Source of the DNA: Clostridia bacterium
GTDB taxonomy: Bacteria > Bacillota > Clostridia > Christensenellales > CAG-138
Length of the DNA: 64,000 nt
Direction of reading: 5' to 3'
Assembly (NCBI GenBank): GCA_017538255.1
Contig: JAFYJD010000006.1
Span: 78,885 to 142,884 of the forward strand
Both the position numbers and the translations under genes were made by a program. This document shows positions 25,548-34,553 of the stretch, piece by piece; positions within the stretch are counted from its first letter, which is position 1; every line of letters starts with the position of its first letter. The notes below the pieces were generated by a model that saw only the letters and a program-made list of their open reading frames with translations, was not told the DNA's origin and did no database searches.

Positions 25548-25590
25548 TTTTCAAAAAAAGATCAATTTTTTTGAAAATATTTTTTCAAAG
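25548..25590. repeat. Perfect 12-nt inverted repeat TTTTCAAAAAAA / TTTTTTTGAAAA (6-nt spacer GATCAA) plus a third half-site
   Basis: Arms at 25548..25559 and 25566..25577. A further TTTTTTCAAAG lies at 25580..25590. Confidence 0.7.
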
Positions 25591-25613
25591 CGCTACAAAT
25601 CGAGAGCGATCTG

Positions 25614-25622
25614 TGTTATTAT
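25614..25622 (+). promoter_or_regulatory. Extended -10 element (TGtTATTAT) upstream of cdaA
   Basis: Lies about 120 nt before the cdaA ATG. Weak -35 (TACAAA). Confidence 0.35.
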
Positions 25623-25648
25623 ATAGAGGTAAATATGGGTACTGTGGG

Positions 25649-25686
25649 CAAGTGTGGGCTTTTTTTGCCGTACAAGACCGCACTTG
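25649..25686 (+). other. 9-bp hairpin in the cdaA 5' leader
   Basis: CAAGUGUGG (25649..25657) pairs with CCGCACUUG (25678..25686), including one G:U pair. 20-nt loop. Confidence 0.3.
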
Positions 25687-25741
25687 TGCGCCGCACCGCC
25701 CCGTTATTTTTGAATAATACGATGCACTTACGGAGGTTGTA

Positions 25742-26584
25742 ATGCATTTTGACAGTATAGTAAACGCGATAGGAAACGGTCTTGCGGAGTTTCGTTTTCA
25801 GGATTTTCTGGACATCCTCATAATCGCGTTTCTGGTGTACAAAATAATAGATGTTTCCATCAACACAAGGGCGCACCAACTCCTGAAGGGTTTTGCCGTG
25901 CTCCTGATTATAATGTTTTTGAGCACCTTGTTCAACCTATACACGATCAGTTATCTTCTAAACACCCTGCTCGTTTCGGGTATCGTTATCGTCGCGGTGC
26001 TGTTCCAGCCCGAACTACGCCGCGCGCTCGCGCATCTGGGACGGTTCAAATTCAACATCGGTGCGCATAGCGAAGCCGAGGGCAGCGAGATAGTTTCCGA
26101 ACTCGTTTCTTCGCTGATCAAACTTTCCAAGCGCAAGGTCGGCGCGCTGATCGTTATCGAGCGCGAAACCAAACTCGACGAATATCTGCCCACGGGCACA
26201 AGTGTTGACGCGCGCATCTCCGGCGCGCTCGTTGAAAACATTTTCGAACCCAACACCCCGCTGCATGACGGCGCAGTCATCGTGCGGGAGGGCAGGATAT
26301 ACTATGCCGCATGCGTGCTTCCGCTGTTCAACGATCCGAGCATTTCAAGAGAACTCGGCACACGGCATCGCGCCGCGCTTGGCATCTCGTCGGTATCCGA
26401 CTGTCTGACGCTCGTGGTATCCGAGGAAACCGGCGTCATCTCATATGCCGAGAACGGCAAGCTCGTGCGCTATGTCGACAAGGCCGCCCTCACTGAACGC
26501 CTTGAGGCTGAGTTCATCGTAAAAGAACCCGAAAAACCGTTATCGTCCTTTATGAAGAGGTGGAATAAAAATGACAGAAAATGA
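25742..26584 (+). CDS. cdaA: Diadenylate cyclase CdaA
   Basis: Three N-terminal TM helices plus a DisA_N domain with the HDGAVIV and GTRHRAA motifs. Confidence 0.9.
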   Translation: MHFDSIVNAIGNGLAEFRFQDFLDILIIAFLVYKIIDVSINTRAHQLLKGFAVLLIIMFLSTLFNLYTISYLLNTLLVSGIVIVAVLFQPELRRALAHLGRFKFNIGAHSEAEGSEIVSELVSSLIKLSKRKVGALIVIERETKLDEYLPTGTSVDARISGALVENIFEPNTPLHDGAVIVREGRIYYAACVLPLFNDPSISRELGTRHRAALGISSVSDCLTLVVSEETGVISYAENGKLVRYVDKAALTERLEAEFIVKEPEKPLSSFMKRWNKNDRK

Positions 26585-28043
26585 CGCCCCGATCATTGAA
26601 AATAACGAAGTAGAACAGACGCCGGAAGTGAACGATCCCGTAAGCGAACTTTCCTCCGAGATGCAGGAGCGCTGGGCAAGACGCACCGTCAGCGTCGGCG
26701 AGGACACGCGCACCCAAGACAGCGCCGACGTCGAGACGGAAAAACCGCCGTGGTACAAGCGCACCCTCATCCGCAAACTCGGCTATGCCCTGCTTTCGCT
26801 CATCGTTGCCCTATCGCTTTGGGGTTATGTTTTGATGCGTGAAAACCCCGCCCGCGTAAAGCGTATCGACAACGTGCGCCTCACGATCGAGGGCGGCGGC
26901 GAGGCCGACCTTCGTGCAAGAAACCTTGTTATCAACGGCGATATCAGCACGCTTTTGCCGAGCGTTGCCGTCAACGTAAACACCACGCTCAACGATCTGC
27001 CGCGCTTCAGCCACACCGTCGGCGATATCGCCGGCGCGACGATCAGCCTTGCCGGCATACGCGAACCGGGCACATACAATCTGCGCGTCAACGCGACCTC
27101 TACGATCGGCGATGTGTACTCTGTCGAGCCGAGCACCGTTTCCATCACCGTTGAGAACTATCAAACGCGTTCGATACCCGTCACCTGCTCGTTTATAAAC
27201 AATCTGCCCGACGGCTACTGGCGCGACGAGCCTCAGATAATGACGCAGAGCATCTCCGTTTCGGGAGCGGAGAGCGCGATAAGCAGCATCGTTCAGGCGA
27301 ACTGTGTTATCGATCTTGAAAACAAAACCGAAAATATCAACGAATCCGTTGAACTCGTGCTGCTCGACGCGCAGCAGAATCCTGTCGATGCGTCTCAACT
27401 CGTTGTCAGCAACCGCTATGCGACCGTCAAGCTGACCGTTCTTCCCTATGTGGATATAGATATCGCAAGTTATATCTCAAACGCGATGGTCGGCACTCTC
27501 AACGAAGATTATGAGATCGTCAGCACCGCGATAAACCCCGGAAGCATCACCGTTGCGGCGCCGCAGGAAACGCTTGACGAACTCTCCGAGAGCGTATACC
27601 TTGAGCCCATACTTTTGAGCGGACTTACCACGGGCACGAACACAATGCGTCTGAGCCTGCTCGGGCTGCCCGCCGGCACGACAATGCTGACCGACAATAA
27701 CTTCATACTCTCCATCGAAGTCGTTGAAAAGATAATCACGCGCTCGTTCCCCATATCGCTGTCCGACGTCAGGATCGTCGGGCGCGACGCGGCGCGCTAC
27801 TACTACAGTTTCAGCACAAACACAATCGATGTTGAGTTCACCGGTCCTTCGTCCGTCATAAAAGCGATACGCAGCGACGACATCGCGCTTACGATCGACG
27901 TATCGAATCTCGGTGCGGGTCCTCATACGATAAAGCCGGAACTCAGCATCGCCGACGATCCCGAATGGCTTACCGACGGCACCGTCGACTCGCGCACCAT
28001 ACTGGTTGTATGTACGATCACACAGAACGATACCGACAGATGA
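26571..28043 (+). CDS. cdaR: CdaA regulatory protein CdaR (YbbR-domain repeats)
   Basis: Overlaps the cdaA end by 14 nt. One TM helix followed by repeated beta-rich YbbR-like modules. Acidic N-terminal extension of ~75 aa. Confidence 0.8.
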   Translation: MTENDAPIIENNEVEQTPEVNDPVSELSSEMQERWARRTVSVGEDTRTQDSADVETEKPPWYKRTLIRKLGYALLSLIVALSLWGYVLMRENPARVKRIDNVRLTIEGGGEADLRARNLVINGDISTLLPSVAVNVNTTLNDLPRFSHTVGDIAGATISLAGIREPGTYNLRVNATSTIGDVYSVEPSTVSITVENYQTRSIPVTCSFINNLPDGYWRDEPQIMTQSISVSGAESAISSIVQANCVIDLENKTENINESVELVLLDAQQNPVDASQLVVSNRYATVKLTVLPYVDIDIASYISNAMVGTLNEDYEIVSTAINPGSITVAAPQETLDELSESVYLEPILLSGLTTGTNTMRLSLLGLPAGTTMLTDNNFILSIEVVEKIITRSFPISLSDVRIVGRDAARYYYSFSTNTIDVEFTGPSSVIKAIRSDDIALTIDVSNLGAGPHTIKPELSIADDPEWLTDGTVDSRTILVVCTITQNDTDR

Positions 28044-28057
28044 TCGAAAGGAAATCC

Positions 28058-29662
28058 ATGCTTCTTACGGCAACAGACCTCAGCCTGCCCTTTAACGCCG
28101 ACGAAGCGGCGCTGCCGCTGCTTCTTTCGTCCTATCTGCGCATACCCTCCGATGAAATACTCTCGCTTCGCGTAGTGAAGCGCTCGCTTGACGCAAGAGA
28201 CAAAGCGGATATACGCTTTATCTACACGGTCAATTTTGAACTTTCAAAAGAGAACCTGAAGCGCGCAGCCGCGCTTGGACTGAAAAACATCGGGCGCGCG
28301 CCCGAGCGGGAAGTTTCGGAGCCCGTATTCGGCTCCGAGCCCCAGCCCTCCCCCGTCGTTGTAGTGGGGCTCGGCCCTGCGGGACTGTTCGCTGCTTACG
28401 AACTTGCGCGCCTTGGGTATAAGGTCATCGTTATAGAGCGCGGAAAGCCTATCGACGAGCGCAAAGCGGATGTTGACAGTTTTTTTGCTTGTGCTGCGCT
28501 CAATGAAAACAGCAATATTATGTTCGGCGAAGGCGGCGCAGGCACTTTTTCGGACGGCAAACTGACCACGCGCATCAAAGACCCCCGCGCCAAGACAGTG
28601 CTCGATACGCTCGTGCGCTTCGGCGCGGAGCCGAACATCGCCGTTGACGCAAAGCCCCATATCGGCACCGATGTACTGTCCAAAATAGTCCTGAATATGC
28701 GCCGCGCGGTCGAGGAACTCGGCGGCGAAGTGCGCTTCAACAGCATTATGACCGATTTTGCGGCAAAGGACGGGCGCATAGCCTCCGTAACCGTGAACGG
28801 CGGCGAACGCATCGAATGCTGCGCGGCGGTGCTTGCCGTCGGTCAGGCGGCGAGGGATACCTATCGACTTCTGCTCGCAAAGGGCGTTGAACTCATTCCG
28901 AAGCCTTTTGCGGTCGGCGTGCGCGTTGAGCACCCGCAGAGTTTTATCGACCGTTCGCAGTTCGGCAAGTTCGCGGGGCATCCGCGTCTTGGCGCGGCGG
29001 AGTACCGTCTTACCGGCAAAAGCGGCTCAAGGGGCGTTTATACATTCTGTATGTGTCCCGGCGGTGTCGTGGTCGGATCGTCTTCCGGCAAGGGGCAGGT
29101 CGTAACCAACGGTATGAGTTATCACGCACGCGACGGCAAAAACGCCAACTCCGCCGTGATCGTTCAGGTAAACCCCGATGATTTCGGCAAGGATCCGCTC
29201 GGCGGTATGGTTTTTCAGGAAAAACTCGAGCAGGCGGCGTTCAGACTCGGCGGCGGCGACTATTCCGCCCCTGCAATGCGCCTCGGTGACTTTTTATCAG
29301 GCAAAGCTCCGTCGGGCTTTGGCGGCGTTTCGCCCACGTACAGACCGAACACCGTAAACAGGGACATAACAAAATGTATGCCCCCCGTCATCGCAAAGGG
29401 CATCCGCGAGGGCTTCGGCGCATTTGCGCGGCAGATACGCGGTTTTGATATGTACGACGCTGTGCTGACCGCGATAGAAAGCCGTTCGAGCGCACCCGTT
29501 CGTATTTCCCGCGATGAAGCGGGTGAAGCGACGCGCCTTAGGGGGCTCTACCCCGTCGGAGAAGGCGCGGGCTACGCTGGCGGCATCGTCAGCGCGGCGG
29601 TCGACGGACTGCGCGCCGCCGAAAGGATCGCGGCAAAGTTCAAGCCCTGCGCCGCGAATTGA
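28058..29662 (+). CDS. FAD-dependent oxidoreductase (COG2509-like uncharacterised dehydrogenase)
   Basis: VVVVGLGPAGLFAAYELARLGYKVIVIERG dinucleotide-binding motif. The start is either ATG 28058 (AAAGGA RBS) or ATG 28040 (ATGA overlap with the cdaR stop). The listed 27965 start is unsupported. Confidence 0.75.
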   Translation: MLLTATDLSLPFNADEAALPLLLSSYLRIPSDEILSLRVVKRSLDARDKADIRFIYTVNFELSKENLKRAAALGLKNIGRAPEREVSEPVFGSEPQPSPVVVVGLGPAGLFAAYELARLGYKVIVIERGKPIDERKADVDSFFACAALNENSNIMFGEGGAGTFSDGKLTTRIKDPRAKTVLDTLVRFGAEPNIAVDAKPHIGTDVLSKIVLNMRRAVEELGGEVRFNSIMTDFAAKDGRIASVTVNGGERIECCAAVLAVGQAARDTYRLLLAKGVELIPKPFAVGVRVEHPQSFIDRSQFGKFAGHPRLGAAEYRLTGKSGSRGVYTFCMCPGGVVVGSSSGKGQVVTNGMSYHARDGKNANSAVIVQVNPDDFGKDPLGGMVFQEKLEQAAFRLGGGDYSAPAMRLGDFLSGKAPSGFGGVSPTYRPNTVNRDITKCMPPVIAKGIREGFGAFARQIRGFDMYDAVLTAIESRSSAPVRISRDEAGEATRLRGLYPVGEGAGYAGGIVSAAVDGLRAAERIAAKFKPCAAN

Positions 29663-29680
29663 CAAAAAAGGATCACGCTT

Positions 29681-30391
29681 ATGAAGAAATACATCGTTGT
29701 TATAGGTAATTTCGGCTCCGGCAAGACCGAACTTTCGCTCAATCTTGCTTTTGAGGCCGCTAAAACTCAAAAGGTGACGCTCGTTGACCTTGACATAATC
29801 AATCCGTATTTCCGCTCCACGGAGCGCCGTGCGGAACTCGAGGCGGCTGGCATACGCCTGTTTTCGCCCACCTACGCGATGCTCGGCGTTGAGATACCGA
29901 GCCTGCCCGCTGAGATCTACTCCGTGTTTTCAAACGACAGCGATACGGTCATCTTCGACGTCGGCGGCGACGCGACGGGCGCTATCGCACTTGGGCAGTA
30001 CAAGCGCTTTTTCAAGGATATCGACAATATCGAGGTGCTGTATGTAATAAACGCGCGCAGACCGTTTTCCGCTACGCTCGAACTGAACCTGGATATGCTC
30101 TCGAAGGTTGTCGAAGCGGGTCGCATCAAGGTGGACGCGCTCGTGAACAACACCAATCTTTCGCAGGAAACGAAGCTGGTCGAGATGATCGACGGCTACG
30201 AGATGGTGAAGCGGGTATCCGAAAAAACGGGGCTGCCCGTCAAATACACCGTCGGATGCGAGCCGATCGTTTCCGAGTTCCGCGCATATGCCGAGCAAAA
30301 CGACCTCGATCCCGCGCTCATCGGCGAGATAAAGCAGATAACGCGGTATATGCACCGCGACTGGGAGCGCTTTACAACGAGCGGGCTCTGA
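29681..30391 (+). CDS. SIMIBI-class (MinD/ParA/CooC-like) P-loop NTPase, function unknown
   Basis: N-terminal VIGNFGSGKTELS Walker A and a DVGGD Walker B-like motif, 236 aa. Confidence 0.6.
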   Translation: MKKYIVVIGNFGSGKTELSLNLAFEAAKTQKVTLVDLDIINPYFRSTERRAELEAAGIRLFSPTYAMLGVEIPSLPAEIYSVFSNDSDTVIFDVGGDATGAIALGQYKRFFKDIDNIEVLYVINARRPFSATLELNLDMLSKVVEAGRIKVDALVNNTNLSQETKLVEMIDGYEMVKRVSEKTGLPVKYTVGCEPIVSEFRAYAEQNDLDPALIGEIKQITRYMHRDWERFTTSGL

Positions 30392-30452
30392 TGCCCAAAT
30401 CGCAATAACACCTTGCCCTTAATGGGGCTTCAGGTGGGTTTTGGAGACCTTT

Positions 30453-32357
30453 ATGCCCTTACTGGCAGTACATAATCTAAAAAAATCTTTCGTCACCCGC
30501 ACCCTTTTCGAGAATGTGTCGTTTGAGGTGAACGAGGGCGATCATATCGGTTTTGTAGGCGTCAACGGCTGCGGCAAATCGACGCTGTTTCGCATACTCC
30601 TCGGGCTCGAAAGCGCCGACGAGGGCAATATTTCCGTTTCCGGCGGCACGAGGATCGGAAGTATGGAGCAAAGCGTTGCCGTATCCGATCTGTCGCTTTA
30701 TGACTACACGCTCGAGGTGTTTTCGGAACTGATGCGGATCGAATCCGAACTCGACAGGATAGCGAACGAGATAAACCGCTCGGGCGGCGCGGATGAAAAA
30801 CTGCTCAACAAACAGCACGATCTTTACGAGAAATATTACGCTATGGACGGCGCGACCTACCGCGCGCGCACGCAGTCGATGCTTTTGGGTCTCGGTTTTT
30901 CCGAGGCGGAACTCAAAAAAAGCATCTCGCTTTTCAGCGGCGGTCAGCGCAACAAAGCGCAGCTCGCGCGCTTGCTTTTGTCCGGCGCCAACCTTTTGCT
31001 CCTTGACGAGCCCACCAACCACCTCGATATCTCGGCGATCGAATGGCTCGAGGGCTTCCTTTGCTCGTACCGCGGCGCGTTCATCATCGTTTCGCATGAC
31101 CGTTATTTTCTTGACAAGGTAACGACGAGCACGATCGAACTCAAGGATCGCAGGATCTACAGATCGCTCGGCAATTATTCAAGGCATATGGAACTTCGCA
31201 GCAGCGCAAGGGATCTTGAACTGCGCCGCTATCTTCGCACCCAAAAGGAGATAAAGCGCATCGAGGGCATCGTTGAACAGCAACGCCGCTGGGGTCAGGC
31301 TCATAATTTCATCACCGCCGCATCCAAACAGAAGCAGGCGGACAGACTGAAGGAAACGCTCGTTGAGCCAGAACGCGACAGCGCCTCGATCCATTTTCGT
31401 TTCAAAGCAAAGGAAACCGGCGGAAACGACGTGCTCGTTGCAAAAGGGCTCGAAAAGGCTTTTGACGGCAAGCGGATATTCTCGGGTGTTGATATGCTCG
31501 TAAAAAAGGGTGAAAAGGTGTTTTTGCTCGGCGCGAACGGCTGCGGAAAGACCACGCTTTTGAACATAATCGCGGGCAAACTTCGTCCGAGCGGCGGCGG
31601 TTTCTATCTCGGCGCACATATCGAAAGCGCGTATTACGAACAGATCACGAACTTCGATCCGAACAATACGGTGCTTCGCGAGGTGTGGGACAAATACTAC
31701 ACAACCATATCGCATAAGGATATCTGCAACGCTCTTGCTGCGTTTTTGTTCCGCGGCGACGATGTGAACAAGCCCCTCGGCACGCTTTCCGGGGGCGAAC
31801 TCGCGCGCGTTCAGCTTTTGAAGTTGATGCTCACAAAAGCGAATCTGCTTCTTTTGGACGAGCCGACCAACCACCTCGACATCCCCTCGCGCGAGGCGCT
31901 TGAATCGGCGCTTGAGGAGTACGACGGCACTATGCTCATCGTTACTCACGACCGCTACCTTGTGAACAGACTTGCGGACAGAGTTCTGGTTTTGGGCGAT
32001 GACGGCATCGAGGAGTATATCGGAGGCTACGACGACTACCGTGAAGCGCTTGCCGAAACGAAGCAGCAGGTCAAGGAGCGCACCGTTTCCAAAAACGCGC
32101 TCGATTACCGCGAAAAGAAGCAGCAGCAGAGCGCTATCAACCGCGCAAGGGGCGAACTCGAACGCTGCGAAAAAGCGATCGCTGAAAAGGAAGCGGAGAT
32201 CGAAGCGCTCAACAGGGAAACTGTTTTGGCTGCGTCAGACTACAAAAAAGCCGAGGACCTTTCACAAAAAATTTCGGCGCTTCAATCGGAACTCAACACG
32301 CTATATGACAGATGGGCGGACGCGGAAGCGCGCATTGGCGAATGTCTTGGTGAATAA
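30453..32357 (+). CDS. ABC-F family ATPase (translation-associated, no TM domain)
   Basis: Two ABC cassettes (GVNGCGKST / GANGCGKTT, LSGGQ / LSGGE, LLLDEPTNHLD twice) plus a C-terminal coiled coil. ATG 30453 preferred over TTG 30441. Confidence 0.85.
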   Translation: MPLLAVHNLKKSFVTRTLFENVSFEVNEGDHIGFVGVNGCGKSTLFRILLGLESADEGNISVSGGTRIGSMEQSVAVSDLSLYDYTLEVFSELMRIESELDRIANEINRSGGADEKLLNKQHDLYEKYYAMDGATYRARTQSMLLGLGFSEAELKKSISLFSGGQRNKAQLARLLLSGANLLLLDEPTNHLDISAIEWLEGFLCSYRGAFIIVSHDRYFLDKVTTSTIELKDRRIYRSLGNYSRHMELRSSARDLELRRYLRTQKEIKRIEGIVEQQRRWGQAHNFITAASKQKQADRLKETLVEPERDSASIHFRFKAKETGGNDVLVAKGLEKAFDGKRIFSGVDMLVKKGEKVFLLGANGCGKTTLLNIIAGKLRPSGGGFYLGAHIESAYYEQITNFDPNNTVLREVWDKYYTTISHKDICNALAAFLFRGDDVNKPLGTLSGGELARVQLLKLMLTKANLLLLDEPTNHLDIPSREALESALEEYDGTMLIVTHDRYLVNRLADRVLVLGDDGIEEYIGGYDDYREALAETKQQVKERTVSKNALDYREKKQQQSAINRARGELERCEKAIAEKEAEIEALNRETVLAASDYKKAEDLSQKISALQSELNTLYDRWADAEARIGECLGE

Positions 32358-32446
32358 AACCTCGCTTTTTAAGCAACAAAAATACATAATTAACTTTTTA
32401 TTGAATTGTTTTCGGCAAATGCCGCAAAATACGAAAGGAGATAACT

Positions 32447-34114
32447 TTGGCAGCAAAACAAACCGCAAAGCTGAGGATAATCCCCCTCGGCGGTCTCGGT
32501 GAAATAGGAAAGAATATGACCCTTATCGAATACGGCGATGACATCATCGTCATCGACTGCGGTCTGGCATTCCCGGACGAGGATATGCTCGGCATCGATA
32601 TGGTCATTCCCGATATGACTTATCTTGAGGCAAATACGGAAAAACTTCGCGCGTTTTTGATAACCCACGGGCACGAAGATCACATCGGTTCCCTGCCTTA
32701 CGCGCTTCAGACCCTCAGAGCGCCGATAGTCGGAACGCCCTTCACGCTTGCGCTGATAGAGCATAAACTTGAGGAGCACGGCATTACCGACGCCGATATG
32801 CTGGCTGTAAACGCGGGCGATATTATGGATTTCGGCTGTTTTAAGGTCGAGTTCATAAAGGTCAGCCACTCGATAGCGGGCTCGGTCGCGCTGGCGATCA
32901 CGACCCCGCTCGGCACCGTTATACATACGGGAGATTTCAAAGTAGACTATACCCCAATAGACGACGAGCCCATCGACATAAACCGCTTTGCCTACTACGG
33001 CTCAAAGGGCGTGCTTGCACTCATGATGGACAGCACCAACGCCGAACTTGAAGGCGTAACGCCGTCCGAAATGGAGCTTGGAAAAACCTTTGAAAAGGTC
33101 TTTACCGAAGCGAAAGGTCGAATCATCGTCGCTTCATTCGCGTCCAATGTTTACAGGATACAGCAGGTCGTGGATACCGCTGTACGGCATAAAAGGGTGC
33201 TCTGTTTCCAAGGGCGTTCGATGGTCTATATCGCAAAGGTCGCGGCTGAACTTGGTTACCTTAAACTGCCCGAAAACTGTGTTGTGGAACTCGACGACTT
33301 AAAGAACTACGAAAACGACCGCGTCTGCGTGCTCACGACCGGCAGTCAGGGCGAATCGATGAGCGGACTTTTCCGTATGGCGAACGCAAACCATAAACTC
33401 AGCGTCGGAAGCGGCGATACGGTCATCCTCTCCGCGTCCGCGATTCCAGGCAACGAAAAGAGCGTTGGCAGAGTCATAAACAAACTCTTCCAACGCGGTG
33501 CGAACGTCATCTACGACCGCCTCGCGGACGTTCACGTATCGGGCCACGCACGGCGCGAGGAACTGCGTATGATGCACCGCCTTCTTAAGCCCAAATATTT
33601 TATACCCGTTCATGGCGAGACCCGCCACCTTTACAGGCACGCGGAACTTGCCGAAAGCATCGGCGTTAAGAACATCTTCATTATGTATAACGGCGACGTG
33701 CTCGAGATTACCTCGAAGGAAGCAAAAAAAGGCGCGGGCGTTGCTTCAAACGACCTGCTCGTTGACGGGCTCGGCGTTGGCGACATCGGCGCAAGCGTGC
33801 TGCGCGAGCGCAAAACGCTTTCGCAGAGCGGACTTTTCGGCGTCGTAATACCCGTATTCAGTTCGACAGGCGCGATCGCCGGTATGCCCGAGATAATCAC
33901 CAAGGGCTTTATCTACCTCAAGGATTCCGACGGGCTTATCAACGAAGCGAAACAATACGCCTATGATATCGCGTCGCAGTACATCGACAAGCACGGGCTC
34001 AACGACCGCACGGCGTTCATCGCCGCTATCAGGAGTTCGATGAAGGGCTTTTTGACGGAGCGCACAAAGCGTTCGCCGATAATTATGCCCGTTGTTGTTG
34101 ATATAGACATATAA
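32447..34114 (+). CDS. rnj: Ribonuclease J
   Basis: LRIIPLGGLGEIGKNM and the THGHEDHIG metallo-beta-lactamase motif, 555 aa. TTG start 7 nt after AAAGGAG. Confidence 0.95.
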   Translation: MAAKQTAKLRIIPLGGLGEIGKNMTLIEYGDDIIVIDCGLAFPDEDMLGIDMVIPDMTYLEANTEKLRAFLITHGHEDHIGSLPYALQTLRAPIVGTPFTLALIEHKLEEHGITDADMLAVNAGDIMDFGCFKVEFIKVSHSIAGSVALAITTPLGTVIHTGDFKVDYTPIDDEPIDINRFAYYGSKGVLALMMDSTNAELEGVTPSEMELGKTFEKVFTEAKGRIIVASFASNVYRIQQVVDTAVRHKRVLCFQGRSMVYIAKVAAELGYLKLPENCVVELDDLKNYENDRVCVLTTGSQGESMSGLFRMANANHKLSVGSGDTVILSASAIPGNEKSVGRVINKLFQRGANVIYDRLADVHVSGHARREELRMMHRLLKPKYFIPVHGETRHLYRHAELAESIGVKNIFIMYNGDVLEITSKEAKKGAGVASNDLLVDGLGVGDIGASVLRERKTLSQSGLFGVVIPVFSSTGAIAGMPEIITKGFIYLKDSDGLINEAKQYAYDIASQYIDKHGLNDRTAFIAAIRSSMKGFLTERTKRSPIIMPVVVDIDI

Positions 34115-34152
34115 ATATTTGCCGTTTTGTGGTATAATGGAGTCGACGGAGT

Positions 34153-34500
34153 ATGAACGAGATAATCAAAAAGACCGAGGAGCTTGCAAAACTGCTTGAA
34201 CAAAGCATCGAATACCGCGCATATACCGAGGCGCGCGAAGCGGCGTTCAAGAGTGAGTCCACCGGGGCGCTTTTGAGGGAGTACCGCCGTTTGCAGGCCA
34301 AGCTTCAGGCTGCGGAACTTTCCGGCGGCGCAGACGCGGACGAACTTGCAAAACTCCAAAAACTCGGCGAACTGCTTCAACTCGACGATGCCGCCGGCGA
34401 ATACCTCTTTGCACAGTTCAGACTCAACGCGCTTATAGGGGACATCTACAAGCGCCTTGCCAAAGCGGTGGACGCCGATCTGAGTTTTATTGACGATTAG
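34153..34500 (+). CDS. YlbF/YmcA-family regulatory protein
   Basis: 115-aa helical protein. N-terminal IIKKTEELAKLLEQSIEYRAYTEAREA resembles YlbF-type proteins, which associate with RNase Y/J-linked regulation. Adjacent to rnj. Confidence 0.65.
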   Translation: MNEIIKKTEELAKLLEQSIEYRAYTEAREAAFKSESTGALLREYRRLQAKLQAAELSGGADADELAKLQKLGELLQLDDAAGEYLFAQFRLNALIGDIYKRLAKAVDADLSFIDD

Positions 34501-34553
34501 CCGTTAAGACGATACTGTTTTGACGTGGCTTTGCCCGCCAAAGGGAGAAAACT

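Noticed and set aside
25619-25879. 86-aa minus-strand ORF in the rpsF/cdaA intergenic region
   Set aside because: It overlaps the cdaA start and its promoter, lacks an RBS and has an odd composition. The region is better explained as promoters plus leader.
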